A DNA stretch of 64,000 bases from an uncultured Bacteroidales bacterium. Its GTDB lineage: Bacteria > Bacteroidota > Bacteroidia > Bacteroidales > B18-G4. The DNA lies in contig CAZASJ010000001.1 of the NCBI GenBank assembly GCA_964487735.1, forward strand, positions 57,051 to 121,050, written 5' to 3'. Position 1 is the first letter of the stretch, and each line of letters starts with the position of its first letter. This document shows, piece by piece, positions 1 through 10,700 of the stretch. The position numbers and the translations under genes were made by a program. Under the pieces are notes generated by a model that was given only the letters and a program-made list of their open reading frames with translations, was not told where the DNA came from and made no database searches.

Positions 1-420
1 AGGCGATATGCATGGAAGCCTATCCTTAAATCGCTCCGCGACAGGGAAGAAACCATTGATGAAGCCTTGAACCAGGCCAATATGGCCCGGGAGGAGATGA
101 AAAACCTCAAGTCTGACAATGAAAAACTCCTGAAAGAAGCACAGGAAGAACGCTCTGTGATCCTTCGCGATGCACGTAAGATAAAAGACACAATTATTGA
201 AGAGGCAAAGGAAAAGGCAAACGAAGAAGCCAACAACATTGTTGAGAATGCCAAGATAAGAATACAAAATGAAAAAATGGCTGCAATGACTGACCTTAAA
301 AACCAAATCGCAGCCCTTTCTATTGACATTGCAGAAAGAATCCTTGAGCACGAGCTTTCGGCTGGCAGTAAACAGGAAGATTATCTGAAAAAGTTAATCA
401 AAAACACAAAACTCAATTAG
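1..420 (+). CDS. atpF: F0F1 ATP synthase subunit b, 5'-truncated by the window edge
   Basis: Frame 1 is open from nt 1 (RRYAWKPILKSLRDREETIDEAL...) to TAG at 418-420. It has the Lys/Glu/Ala-rich coiled-coil composition of subunit b and lies directly upstream of atpH-atpA-atpG. Confidence 0.85.
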   Translation, partial: RRYAWKPILKSLRDREETIDEALNQANMAREEMKNLKSDNEKLLKEAQEERSVILRDARKIKDTIIEEAKEKANEEANNIVENAKIRIQNEKMAAMTDLKNQIAALSIDIAERILEHELSAGSKQEDYLKKLIKNTKLN

Positions 421-424
421 TCTG

Positions 425-985
425 ATGGCAAGTTCATTGATCGCGAAAAGGTATGCTAAAGCCCTCATCGGCCTGGCAATTGAGCTGAACGTTGTTGAAG
501 AAACAAAAGCTGATATGGAACTCGTATTGAGCATTTGTCAATCAAACAAGGACTTCGTGCAAATGCTCAAGAGCCCCGTGATCCGTATTGATAAAAAGCA
601 AAAAGTACTTAAAGTTATTTTTGCTGATCAGATAAGCGAAATGAGCATGCGTTATCTTGATATCATTGTTCGGAAGCGGAGAGAAAGCATCTTAGCTCAA
701 ATTGCTGAAGAGTACATTAATGCATATAAGAAAATCAAAAACATTTTTACAGTTGATTTCGAAAGTGCTGTCCCAATAAGTGAAGATACCCGTAAAAAAG
801 TGATCGCCCTACTGGAAGATCAAACCAAAGCAACCATTGAACTGATTGAAGAAGTGAAAAAAGAGCTCATTGGTGGATTTGTTATGAATTACAATGACTA
901 TAAATATGACGCCAGCATTTCGTTTATGCTTAAAAGGCTGAAAAAGAGCGCTGCAGAAGTCAATTTATATAAAAGGAAAATATAA
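425..985 (+). CDS. atpH: F0F1 ATP synthase subunit delta (OSCP)
   Basis: 186 aa, 4-nt gap after atpF, in the conserved position between b and alpha. The N-terminus (IAKRYAKALIGLA) is OSCP-like. Confidence 0.85.
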   Translation: MASSLIAKRYAKALIGLAIELNVVEETKADMELVLSICQSNKDFVQMLKSPVIRIDKKQKVLKVIFADQISEMSMRYLDIIVRKRRESILAQIAEEYINAYKKIKNIFTVDFESAVPISEDTRKKVIALLEDQTKATIELIEEVKKELIGGFVMNYNDYKYDASISFMLKRLKKSAAEVNLYKRKI

Positions 986-997
986 AAATTATACTAT

Positions 998-2584
998 ATG
1001 GCATCAATTAAACCAGCTGAAGTATCCGCTATCCTGCGCAAGGAGTTATCAGGATTTCAAAATGAAGCAGAATTACAGGAAGTCGGTACCGTTTTGGAAG
1101 TAGGTGATGGTATTGCACGTATTTACGGACTGAACAATGCTGAGTCAGGTGAGTTGATCGAGTTTGAAAAAAACGGATTGAAAGGCATCGTAATGAACCT
1201 GGAACAGGACAATGTAGGTGCTGTTCTTTTGGGTGAACCTGAAAATATTAAAGAAGGCGACAGTGTAAAACGTACAGGCCAGATTGCATCCATCAATGTA
1301 AGTGAAGGTATGCTTGGCAGGGTTATCAATACGCTTGGCGAACCCATCGATGGAAAAGGAGAGATCAGCGGTGAAAAATTTCTCATGCCACTTGAAAGGA
1401 AAGCTCCCGGTGTTATTTATCGTCAGCCTGTTAATGAGCCGCTGCAAACCGGCATCAAGGCCATCGATGCCATGATCCCTATCGGCCGCGGACAACGTGA
1501 GCTGATCATCGGCGACCGCCAGACAGGAAAGAGTGCCATTGCGATTGATACCATCATCAATCAGAAAGAGAATTATGATAAAGGCGAACCCGTATTCTGT
1601 ATCTACGTCGCCATCGGCCTGAAAGGATCAACGGTTGCCAATACGGTAAAGGTCCTTGAAGAAAAAGGTGCTATGGCTTATACAGTAGTAATTACTGCTA
1701 CTGCCTCCGACCCGGCAGCCATGCAGTTTTACGCTCCCTTTGCCGGTGCTTCCATCGGTGAATATTTCAGAGATACAGGAAGAGCTGCACTCGTAATATA
1801 TGATGACCTCTCAAAACAGGCAGTGGCCTACCGCGAAGTATCATTGCTGCTTAGAAGGCCCCCGGGCCGTGAAGCATACCCTGGTGATGTATTTTATTTG
1901 CACTCACGCTTGCTTGAAAGGGCTGCCAGGATAATCAGCTCCGACAAGATCGCTGCCCAAATGAATGACCTACCTGAATGCCTTAAAAGCATTGTCAAAG
2001 GTGGAGGATCGCTTACAGCACTTCCAATTATTGAAACACAGGCCGGTGACGTTTCAGCATATATCCCAACCAATGTGATTTCCATTACCGACGGACAGAT
2101 TTTCCTTGAAACCGATCTGTTCAATGCAGGGATCCGCCCTGCGATCAACGTAGGTATTTCAGTTTCCAGGGTAGGGGGTAACGCACAGGTGAAAGCCATG
2201 AAAAAAATAGCCGGTACATTGAAGCTTGACCAGGCACAGTACCGCGAACTTGAAGCATTTTCAAAATTCGGTTCCGACCTTGATTCTGCCACCATGGCTG
2301 TACTGGAAAAAGGAAAAAGAAATGTTGAGATCCTGAAACAGGATCAGTATTCTCCTATGGGTGTTGGTGAACAAATCTCAATGATCTATTGCGGATCAAA
2401 GGGATTGCTTAAAAAAGTGCCTGTTAATAAAATCAGGGAATTCCAAACGGAGTTTATTCATTTCATGCAGGAAAAACATAAAAAAACCCTTGGGGAATTG
2501 GCAAAAGGAATCCTAAACGACGACATCACAAAGATCCTTGATGTTGCAGCAAGCAATATCGCAAAGCGATACGAAACATCATAA
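998..2584 (+). CDS. atpA: F0F1 ATP synthase subunit alpha
   Basis: 528 aa with Walker [19 protein letters not shown] and conserved alpha-subunit blocks [28 protein letters not shown] and ITDGQIFLE. Confidence 0.97.
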   Translation: MASIKPAEVSAILRKELSGFQNEAELQEVGTVLEVGDGIARIYGLNNAESGELIEFEKNGLKGIVMNLEQDNVGAVLLGEPENIKEGDSVKRTGQIASINVSEGMLGRVINTLGEPIDGKGEISGEKFLMPLERKAPGVIYRQPVNEPLQTGIKAIDAMIPIGRGQRELIIGDRQTGKSAIAIDTIINQKENYDKGEPVFCIYVAIGLKGSTVANTVKVLEEKGAMAYTVVITATASDPAAMQFYAPFAGASIGEYFRDTGRAALVIYDDLSKQAVAYREVSLLLRRPPGREAYPGDVFYLHSRLLERAARIISSDKIAAQMNDLPECLKSIVKGGGSLTALPIIETQAGDVSAYIPTNVISITDGQIFLETDLFNAGIRPAINVGISVSRVGGNAQVKAMKKIAGTLKLDQAQYRELEAFSKFGSDLDSATMAVLEKGKRNVEILKQDQYSPMGVGEQISMIYCGSKGLLKKVPVNKIREFQTEFIHFMQEKHKKTLGELAKGILNDDITKILDVAASNIAKRYETS

Positions 2585-2602
2585 AGAAAAGACTGAAAAG
2601 CC

Positions 2603-3484
2603 ATGGCTAATCTAAAGGAAGTAAGAACCAGGATAGAATCTGTAAATTCAACCAAACAGATTACCAGCGCCATGAAATTGGTCGCTGCCTCCAAGCTGCG
2701 AAAAGCTCAGGGAGCCATCCTGCAATTACGTCCATATGCACAAAAATTACAAGAATTCCTTCAGGGTTTGAGTACCGGACTTGATCAGTCTGATGAAGCT
2801 GTATATTCTGCCAACAGGGATCCGAATAAGGTGTTGCTCGTTGTTGTCACCTCAAACCGTGGATTATGCGGAGCTTTCAACAACAATGTGATTAAGAAAA
2901 CTGAAAAACTGATCAAAACCACCTATAAAGAAGCCTATTCTAACGGAAATGTTTTTGTTTATTGCATCGGCAAGAAAGGTGCAGAATATTTTAACGGACA
3001 TCCGTTCAACGTTGCCAAACAAAACCAGGAAATTTTTGATAATCTGAGCTACGAAAATGCTGTCACCATTGCTGAAGAATTGATGCAGGATTTTGCTGAT
3101 AAAAAATACGATCGTATTGAGATCATCTATAATCAGTTTAAGAATGCTGCCGTACAGGTATTGATCAATGAGCAATTCCTTCCCATTCTTCCTCCGGAAG
3201 ACGATGGAACTGCACTGAATGTTGATTACATCTTCGAACCCAACAAAGAAGACATTGTTCGGGAACTTGTTCCCAAAAGTTTGAAGATCCAGTTTTTTAA
3301 ATCCCTTCTTGATTCATTTGCATCTGAGCATGGTGCACGCATGACTGCCATGCACATGGCTACCGATAATGCAACTGAATTGCTTAAACAGCTTAAGCTT
3401 TCTTACAACAAAGCCCGCCAGGCTTCTATTACCAACGAGATCCTTGAGATTGTAAGCGGAGCTGAAGCACTGAAAGGAAGATAA
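2603..3484 (+). CDS. atpG: F0F1 ATP synthase subunit gamma
   Basis: 293 aa. N-terminus MANLKEVRTRIESVNSTKQITSAMKLVAASKLRKAQ and C-terminus ARQASITNEILEIVSGAEAL are gamma-subunit signatures. Confidence 0.93.
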   Translation: MANLKEVRTRIESVNSTKQITSAMKLVAASKLRKAQGAILQLRPYAQKLQEFLQGLSTGLDQSDEAVYSANRDPNKVLLVVVTSNRGLCGAFNNNVIKKTEKLIKTTYKEAYSNGNVFVYCIGKKGAEYFNGHPFNVAKQNQEIFDNLSYENAVTIAEELMQDFADKKYDRIEIIYNQFKNAAVQVLINEQFLPILPPEDDGTALNVDYIFEPNKEDIVRELVPKSLKIQFFKSLLDSFASEHGARMTAMHMATDNATELLKQLKLSYNKARQASITNEILEIVSGAEALKGR

Positions 3485-3658
3485 ATAAAAATTCCCTTCC
3501 TACTTCTATTCCCTAGTGTCCCGCTTAAGAGACAGGCAGCAAGAATACACTGTATTAAATTGAAACTCCTATGGCAAAACAGACTCTGACCTAGAGTCTC
3601 CATAGCAGTTGCATTTCAACAATTTCCATCCTTATTTGTTTCTCTTTCAAAGGTTGCT

Positions 3659-3666
3659 TACCTTTG
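3659..3666 (+). promoter_or_regulatory. Candidate Bacteroidota -7 box (TAccTTTG) for the ferritin gene
   Basis: Exact TAnnTTTG match 36 nt upstream of the ATG at 3702. A TTTG lies at 3635-3638, about 21 nt upstream, and could be a -33 element. Confidence 0.4.
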
Positions 3667-3701
3667 TGTAAACCAGATTACTAAACTGAAAATTAAAGAA
3701 T

Positions 3702-4217
3702 ATGCTATCTCAAAAACTCGAAAAAGCCATTATCGACCAGATTCAGGCCGAAGAGGAATCTTCAAGATTATATTTATCCATGGCCTCATGGTGTGAAACA
3801 AAGGGTTATGCCGGTGCTGCTGCATTTTTATTTGAGCATGCCACCGAAGAACGCATGCATGCGTTAAAACTACTTTCTTATGTAAATGACAGGGGTGGAC
3901 ATGCACGCCTTAAATCACTTGAAGAACCGGCAGCAGAATTCAAATCCCTGCAGGAAGTCTTTGAAAAAGTACTTGAACATGAAATCCTGGTTACCAGCCT
4001 GATCAATGGTCTGGTAGAAATTACATTTGAAGAAAAAGATTACAATACCCATAACTTCCTTCAGTGGTACGTAATGGAACAGATAGAAGAAGAAAGCCTC
4101 GCCCGGAGCATCCTCGATAAGTTTAATCTTATAGAAGGTGAGAAAGGTGGCCTGTTCCATATGGACAAGGAACTTGGAGGAATGGCAGCAGCTGAGGCTG
4201 CAGCCGGAGGAGAATAA
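3702..4217 (+). CDS. ftnA: Non-haem bacterial ferritin
   Basis: 171 aa with a ferritin-like four-helix pattern. Motifs include QIQAEEESSRLYLSMASW, EHATEERMHALKL and FLQWYVMEQIEEE. Confidence 0.9.
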   Translation: MLSQKLEKAIIDQIQAEEESSRLYLSMASWCETKGYAGAAAFLFEHATEERMHALKLLSYVNDRGGHARLKSLEEPAAEFKSLQEVFEKVLEHEILVTSLINGLVEITFEEKDYNTHNFLQWYVMEQIEEESLARSILDKFNLIEGEKGGLFHMDKELGGMAAAEAAAGGE

Positions 4218-4244
4218 TCCTTGATAATTAAAAATGAATGATCA

Positions 4245-4284
4245 AAAGACCCTGTAGCTTATTTGAGTTGCTGGGTCTTTTTTT
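4245..4284 (+). terminator. Rho-independent terminator after ferritin
   Basis: Stem AAAGACCC(4245-4252)/GGGTCTTT(4273-4280) with an inner AGC/GCT extension, followed by a T-run to 4284. Confidence 0.6.
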
Positions 4285-4320
4285 GTAATTTCACTTCAAA
4301 TTAACCTAAACCTGTATTCA

Positions 4321-4944
4321 GTGAAGACAAAAAACTTCCTCCCAATTATTTTCATTGCCTTGTTTCTCATTTCATGTAACCAACAAGGGAGTAAAAAAGA
4401 CATCCAGTCGATAAATAGCCTTAAAACAACTATTGAGGGTGAGATCACCGCCAATGCCAAATACCTGGCCTATGCTGAGCAGGCAAGGCAGGACAGCATG
4501 TTTGAGATCGCAGCCTTGTTCAGTGCATCAGCTATTGCAGAAAAAGCACATGCCGACAGGCAGATTACCATGCTATTGACCCTTGGGGGAAGTTTCAGTA
4601 AGTTTGATCCAAAATATACTGCAGGGACCCTATCAGAAAATCTCAGAGATGCCATAGAAGTTGAAAATTATGAAGCAGTTGATATGTACCCGGGATTTAT
4701 CAAGATCAGTGAAGAGGAAAAGCTGGATGATGTTACAATCTCCTTCCAATGGGCATTAAAAGCTGAAGAAAAGCACCGTGATCTGTTTAAACAGGCCATT
4801 GCCAGCCTTGATGATCCATCAATTAAGTTGCCTAAAGCCTATATGGTGTGTCCACGTTGTGGAAATACGATGGATGCAGAGCATTACAGCAGCCCATGCG
4901 ATATTTGCCAGAACGATGCTTCAAAGTTTGTGGAGGTGAAATAG
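4321..4944 (+). CDS. Rubrerythrin-like diiron protein with a lipoprotein signal peptide
   Basis: GTG start. The lipobox-like N-terminus is MKTKNFLPIIFIALFLISC. Two E...ExxH half-sites (GEITANAKY...AEKAH and EVENYEA...AEEKH) are followed by a C-terminal CPRC...CDIC rubredoxin-like knuckle. Confidence 0.6.
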   Translation: MKTKNFLPIIFIALFLISCNQQGSKKDIQSINSLKTTIEGEITANAKYLAYAEQARQDSMFEIAALFSASAIAEKAHADRQITMLLTLGGSFSKFDPKYTAGTLSENLRDAIEVENYEAVDMYPGFIKISEEEKLDDVTISFQWALKAEEKHRDLFKQAIASLDDPSIKLPKAYMVCPRCGNTMDAEHYSSPCDICQNDASKFVEVK

Positions 4945-4948
4945 AAGG

Positions 4949-5821
4949 CTACTGCAACGATGCCAGTTTCTGATGAGTGGCCAGGTGCCCTATCTCTATT
5001 AATTCTTCCGTTTTATAAAAGTCGTAGGTACCTGCCGATTCCCTTGATATATTTATCAATATGTCCGGCGGGGCTTTTTCCAGGGCCATCTGCGAAATGG
5101 TATAAGTCATCAAACTGATGGTTTTATTTACAAGCTTAAAATACCCAAGATCTTCCTGACTATGCTCCGGTAATATTTTTACCATGTAATTATGGATCTT
5201 TTGCATCTTTTCCAGGTAGAACCTTTGTCTTTCTTTTAACTGGGCTTGCGGTATGAAAGGATGCAAGAGTGGGACTTTTGCATTAACATTGACCGCAATC
5301 AGCAAATCATCCTGATGCCGTTTCACATGATTTACAGGAATATTATTTAAAACACCACCATCAACGAGCAGGGTATTATTTTTCTTCACAGGCGTAATTA
5401 TTGAAGGGATGGCGATTGATGCCCGGATGGCTTCATACATACTGCCTTCTGTAATAACCACCTCTTCCCCCTTTAAAAGATCTGCGGCCACCGCAGCAAA
5501 AGGAAGTTTTAATTCCTCAATATTTACATCTGCCACAAACTTCCTCATTTGCCGGAGAACCCTGTCACCCTTTATCAGGCCCTGGCTACTAAAAGTGAAG
5601 TCTACCAACCTTAGAACCTTGATCTTATCCAGACTAAGCATCCATTCCTTGAATTCAGGTAATTGGCCGGCAGCATATACACCTCCTACCAGGGCTCCCA
5701 TTGATGTACCGGCAATGGATGAGATCTCATATCCCTGATCCTCCAGTTCTTCGATGACACCAATATGTGCCAGCCCTCTTGCTCCACCCCCGGAAAGTAC
5801 CAATGATATTTTCTGTTTCAT
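4949..5821 (-). CDS. Patatin-like phospholipase
   Basis: Oxyanion motif LSGGGARG, nucleophile elbow GTSMG and a DGG motif (LLVDGGVLNN). The ATG at 5821 (MKQKISLVLSGGG) is preferred over the TTG at 5842. Confidence 0.85.
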   Translation of the reverse strand: MKQKISLVLSGGGARGLAHIGVIEELEDQGYEISSIAGTSMGALVGGVYAAGQLPEFKEWMLSLDKIKVLRLVDFTFSSQGLIKGDRVLRQMRKFVADVNIEELKLPFAAVAADLLKGEEVVITEGSMYEAIRASIAIPSIITPVKKNNTLLVDGGVLNNIPVNHVKRHQDDLLIAVNVNAKVPLLHPFIPQAQLKERQRFYLEKMQKIHNYMVKILPEHSQEDLGYFKLVNKTISLMTYTISQMALEKAPPDILINISRESAGTYDFYKTEELIEIGHLATHQKLASLQ

Positions 5822-5954
5822 AGACAAATTTATATATGACAAAATTACTAAAATTCAATTCGGTATTTTTCCGGAAAGCAAGTCTTAAAAATGCATTTGA
5901 TGGACTTTTTCTAAAAAAAAACAAAAAAAAGCTTGACAAAATTAATTTCTGCCA

Positions 5955-5962
5955 TACCTTTG
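5955..5962 (+). promoter_or_regulatory. Candidate -7 box (TAccTTTG) for the TetR gene
   Basis: Exact TAnnTTTG match 40 nt upstream of the ATG at 6002. Confidence 0.35.
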
Positions 5963-5963
5963 T

Positions 5964-5975
5964 CGACCATAATAC
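5964..5975 (+). promoter_or_regulatory. Candidate TetR operator word CGACCATAATAC
   Basis: Lies immediately downstream of the -7 box. It matches CGACCAGAATAC at 6642-6653, upstream of the efflux operon, at 11 of 12 positions. Confidence 0.3.
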
Positions 5976-6001
5976 GTTTTTAGTCGATAAGTTTTTATCC
6001 T

Positions 6002-6589
6002 ATGAAAGCAACAAAAGAAGAGACCGTAAAACAGGACATCTTAAATAAGGCGCAGGAATTATTCAAACAGTTTGGGTTGAAAAAAACCACCATGGATGAG
6101 ATCGCTGCCGCTTGCGGAAAAGCAAAGAGTACGCTCTATCATTATTTTAAAAACAAAGAAGAAGTGTTTGATGAGGTCCTCATTCAGGAACTCCACAACA
6201 TTCGAAAAGTCGTAAAGGAAAAGGTAGGTGCCCGCCTCACCCTGCAGGATAAAATCAAATCCTATTTTATCGCCTTTCATACTGAAGCAATAAACAAAAT
6301 CAACATTAACAGGGTATTGCAGCAGGGCAATGTTGAAGAAATTACAAAATTTGAACGATACAATCGAGCCGTTGTTTTTGAACAACAATATATTGAGAGC
6401 ATACTATTGGAAGCCTATTACAAGAATGAGTATAAAGGGATTCCTATAGAGGATATTCCACTTTTTTCAGAAATACTTGTTGTTTCATTCCTTGGCCTGG
6501 TAAAGTACTCCGTTGAAAAAGATCAGGCCATAGATCAGGATAGGCTATCAAAATTTACAGATATGCTCATCCCAAGAATACTTAGTTAA
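6002..6589 (+). CDS. TetR/AcrR family transcriptional regulator
   Basis: 195 aa. N-terminal HTH KQDILNKAQELFKQFGLKKTTMDEIAAACGKAKSTLYHYFKNKEEVF. Lies upstream of an RND efflux operon. Confidence 0.85.
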   Translation: MKATKEETVKQDILNKAQELFKQFGLKKTTMDEIAAACGKAKSTLYHYFKNKEEVFDEVLIQELHNIRKVVKEKVGARLTLQDKIKSYFIAFHTEAINKININRVLQQGNVEEITKFERYNRAVVFEQQYIESILLEAYYKNEYKGIPIEDIPLFSEILVVSFLGLVKYSVEKDQAIDQDRLSKFTDMLIPRILS

Positions 6590-6602
6590 TCAAACCCATA
6601 AA

Positions 6603-6631
6603 AAAACGCAAAGCATGTTTTGTGTTTTTTT
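6603..6631 (+). terminator. Weak A/T-rich hairpin plus T-run after the TetR gene
   Basis: AAAACGCAAA(6603-6612) pairs with TTTGTGTTTT(6619-6628) with one G.U pair, followed by Ts. Confidence 0.3.
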
Positions 6632-6641
6632 AATTAAATAC

Positions 6642-6653
6642 CGACCAGAATAC
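6642..6653 (+). promoter_or_regulatory. Candidate TetR operator word CGACCAGAATAC upstream of the RND operon
   Basis: Near-identical to the word at 5964-5975. It abuts a near-consensus TAatTTAG box at 6654-6661 and lies 28 nt upstream of the ATG at 6681. Confidence 0.3.
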
Positions 6654-6680
6654 TAATTTAGTTTTATAGTTAATCAGACC

Positions 6681-7748
6681 ATGAAAATGAAAAGATCATT
6701 CATCGCACTAGCCATAGTACCCTTTCTTATTTCCTGTGGCCACAATGAAACCCAGAATGAAAAGCCATCTGCTACAAGCGGTATCCGGGTAAAAGTTACG
6801 AAAGTTTTATCCTCCACAACCGAGAATGAACTAATGTACAGCGGATCCATTGAAGCATCTGTATCAACTCCCCTCTCCTTCCAGACAAGCGGTTCTGTTC
6901 AACATATATATGTTAATGAAGGTGATGCTGTTACCAAAGGACAGCTGATAGCGGAAACTGAAAAGGCTAGTTTCCAAAGTGCTTACAATGCAGCCCTTGC
7001 CCAATATGAACAAGCACTGGATGCTCAGATGCGCCTTAAAAAAGTATATGATAATGGAAGCCTGCCTGAAGTAAAGTGGGTTGAGATCAACAGCCAGGTG
7101 GCCCAGGCCGAGGCACAACTGAAAATATCCGGTGAAACCCTGGGTAATTGCGAACTCAGATCACCTGTTGACGGGATAGTGGGACGTAGGAGCCTGGAAA
7201 TAGGCATGCCGGCCCTTCAGTTGCAGGCACCCTTCAGCATCATCAATATTGATGATGTCTATGTCAAGATACCTGTCACAGAAAACGAAATAAGCAAGCT
7301 GCGCAAAGGACAAAAGGCCAACATACATGTTGCTGCAGTTGGCAGTAATACATTCGAAGGCGAAATAGAGCGCATTGGAGTAGTAGCCAACCAACTTTCC
7401 AGAACCTACGATGTAAAGATCAGGGTTGAAAATAAAGATCACATGATGAAGCCCGGCATGGTTTGCAATGTAAAGATCGAACTACCGGAAACAACCAATT
7501 TGCTATTGGTGCCAATGGAAGCTGTTAGCGGACAAACAAGCGGACTCCCTTTTGTTTATGTGATCGACCCTAAAGAAAAAATAGCTGAAAAAAGGCCTGT
7601 CGAATTGGGTGGTATCATTAACAATAAGCTTCAGGTGCTTTCCGGCCTTTCAGCAGGCGAACTTGTGGTGACCTACGGCAAACATAAACTAACCCATAAG
7701 GCCAGGGTTATTTACGAATCCCCCATTCATAAGAAAACAGAACGATGA
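6681..7748 (+). CDS. RND efflux periplasmic adaptor (membrane fusion protein), lipoprotein
   Basis: 355 aa with lipobox FLISC. HlyD/AcrA-like segments include GDAVTKGQLIAE, LRSPVDGIVGRR and a beta-barrel region. Its stop overlaps the permease start (ATGA). Confidence 0.9.
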   Translation: MKMKRSFIALAIVPFLISCGHNETQNEKPSATSGIRVKVTKVLSSTTENELMYSGSIEASVSTPLSFQTSGSVQHIYVNEGDAVTKGQLIAETEKASFQSAYNAALAQYEQALDAQMRLKKVYDNGSLPEVKWVEINSQVAQAEAQLKISGETLGNCELRSPVDGIVGRRSLEIGMPALQLQAPFSIINIDDVYVKIPVTENEISKLRKGQKANIHVAAVGSNTFEGEIERIGVVANQLSRTYDVKIRVENKDHMMKPGMVCNVKIELPETTNLLLVPMEAVSGQTSGLPFVYVIDPKEKIAEKRPVELGGIINNKLQVLSGLSAGELVVTYGKHKLTHKARVIYESPIHKKTER

Positions 7749-10700
7749 AACGAAAGATAAATATCATTGAAGGGGCCATGAAGCACCATCAGATCATCCT
7801 GGCAGTGGTGTTCATGATGATGGTCCTTGGTATATTGGGGCTGGTCAACATGCCCCGCAGGGAATTTCCTGAATTTACCATCCGCCAGGGAGTGGTTGTC
7901 GGTATATATCCCGGTGCAAGTGCCGAAGAAGTTGAAGAACAGTTGACAACTGCTGTTGAAAACTACATTTTCAGCTATCAGGAAGTGAACAAGTCTGAAA
8001 CTTATTCCCAGTCTTCCGAAGGACAAATGGTTATTTATGTAGAACTTAACGAAAATGTTAAAAATGCGGATGCGTTCTGGTCTAAGCTCAGGCATGGCCT
8101 TTCAGAACAAAGGACACAACTACCATCGGGTGTATTGGCTCTGTTCGGAAACAATGAATTTGGAGATGTCTCAGCCTTGCTTATTACACTTTCATCTGAT
8201 GAAAAGAGCTATCGCGAGCTGGAAGAGATCATGAAGGACTTTGAAGCTGCGGTACGACGTATTCCATCTGTTTCCAAGATCAAGCGGCACGGTACTCAGG
8301 GGGAAAAGATCTATGTCTACCTCAACCAGGAAAAGATCAATGAATACAATATTAACCCACCGACCATCATGGGTTCATTTAAACTACAGGAATTACTTGA
8401 GTATGCCGGGCAGCTCGATAATGGAAAACAGGTAATGCCTATTCACATTCCTGAACGCTATGCATCAGAGAAAGACCTTGCTGAGCAGATTATTTATTCT
8501 GACCTGAGCGGAAATGTGATTCGCCTTAAAGACGTAGCCCGCATCGAAAGAAGGTATAAAGATCCTTCCAGCTTTATCCGCAACAACGGGTCCAATGCCT
8601 TGTTGCTGTCGCTCGAAATGCAGGGAGGGAACAACATCGTGCAGTTTGGCGAGGAAGTGAGAAAAACCATGGAAGACTTCTCCAAAACAGTTGACGATGA
8701 TGTTAAGATAAATATCATTTCTGACCTGCCGAATGTTGTAAACCATTCTATATCCCACTTCCTCACCGAATTTATCATTGCTATCCTTGCAGTGATCGCT
8801 GTTACCATGATACTGCTGCCTTTCAGGGTTTCAAGCGTGGCCGCAGTTACCATTCCCATATCTATACTTATCACGATAGGTATAATGCAGATGGTTGGCA
8901 TTGAGCTGCATATCGTATCCCTGGCCGGATTAATCGTGGTCCTGGGTATGGTTGTCGACAATGCCATTGTTGTGATTGACAATCATATTGAAAAGCTCGA
9001 CCATGGAGAAACAGCCTGGAATGCAGCCTGGACTTCCGCAACAGAATTGTTCATACCTGTTTTATCAGCCACCGCTGCCATCATTGCTGCTTTTTTCCCA
9101 CTGATGTTATTCCTGACAGGTATGGCCAGTGATTTTGTCGGAACATTCCCGCTTACCATCGGCATCGCCCTGGGAGTATCCTTAATCGTATCGATGCTGC
9201 TTGTACCATTTATGTGTTTTACCTTCATCAAAACCGGTCTGCATAAAAAAGCAGAGAATAAAGAAAAGAAAAGGAAGAGTTTTCTCGACCGTGTACAGCA
9301 CTGGTATGATAGCGGCCTCGAATGGGCATTCAAAAATCCAAGACTGACCATTATACTTGGAATTGTATCCATCGCCATTGGAGCATTTTTATTCAGCAGA
9401 CTTGATATAATGATGTTCCCTGCCATGGACCGTGATCAGTTTGCCGTTGAGGTGTACCTGCCTGAAGGCGCATCACTCAACGAAACAGAAAAAGTTATCG
9501 ACAGCCTTGAAAACATCCTTTTACGGGATGAACGAATTACCAATGTGGCTTCATTCATAGGCAGCAGTTCACCACGTTTCAATGACCTTTACGCGCCTCA
9601 TCTGCCTGAAAAGAATTTCGGACAGCTCGTAGTAAACACCCTCGACAATGAGGCTACCATGGAAATTCTCGACGAATATGAACCTTTGTACAGCGATCTT
9701 TTCCCGGAAGCACAAATCAGGTGGAAACAAATTGCTATAGAAGGCTTTGATGCACCCATCGAGGTCCGTATATCCGGGAATGATATCCCGCTCTTAAAGC
9801 AAAAAGCGGAAGCAGTCAGGGCCATACTGAATGAAAACGATGAAGTACTTTGGGTCAGGACCGACTGGGGTGAAATGCGGCAGGGCCTGAATGTTGACAT
9901 CGATGTTGAAAAAGCCAATAAGCTTGGCTATAGTAAACTTATGGTTGCTTCTGCCCTGATGAGCTCAATGGATGGGATGCCCATAACCACCGTTTGGGAA
10001 GATGATTACGCCCTTGATGTTATCCTTACTCAGGAAGAATTCCTGAGCAACAGTGTTACAGATCTGGAAAACCAGTATATCACTTCATTGATGACCCTCG
10101 AATCGGTCCCGCTGAGAACAATTGCCAGCATTGAGCCTCACTGGACAGAAGGAAAAATCGTCAGGAGAAACGGTGTTCGGACCCTCACTGTAATGGCCGA
10201 CCTGAAAAGGCATTCCGTAGCTTCTCTCACATTTAATAAAATCAGGAAGCAGGTAGAAGAAGCTGTTGAGGATGAAGGTGTGATACTTGAGTTTGGTGGT
10301 GACCACGAGTTTTCCATTGATAACATGATTCCCCTTGGATGGTCCCTTTTTGTAAGCATAATCCTGATCTTTTTTATTCTTCTGCTGGAATTTAAAACCT
10401 ACCGACGATCATTACTGATCATGTCGACCATGCTGCTGAGTTTCCCGGGTGCTGCTATTGGGCTCTGGATCACAGGGTATCCTTTCAGTGTAACGTCTTT
10501 TATCGGGCTTATTGGACTTGTAGGCATTGTTGTTCGTAACGGTATTATTCTGATCGATTATGCTTTTGAACTTATAAACAAGCAAGGCCTTAACTACAAA
10601 GATGCAGCCATAAAGGCTGGTAAAAGAAGGATGCGGCCTATCTTCTTAACGTCCATGGCAGCAGCCATGGGCGTGGTGCCCATGATGATCAGCCAATCAC

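Noticed and set aside
3485-3701. Absence of atpD and atpC after atpG as a possible operon disruption, plus a bulged hairpin at 3568-3604.
   Set aside because: A split atpBEFHAG / atpDC arrangement is the normal organisation in Bacteroidota. The hairpin has no U-run, so I give it no confident call.
8494-9426. 162-aa and 147-aa ORFs antisense to the RND permease gene. Similar antisense ORFs lie inside atpA at 1123-2295.
   Set aside because: They are embedded in strongly supported genes on the opposite strand, and their composition is typical of antisense translation.
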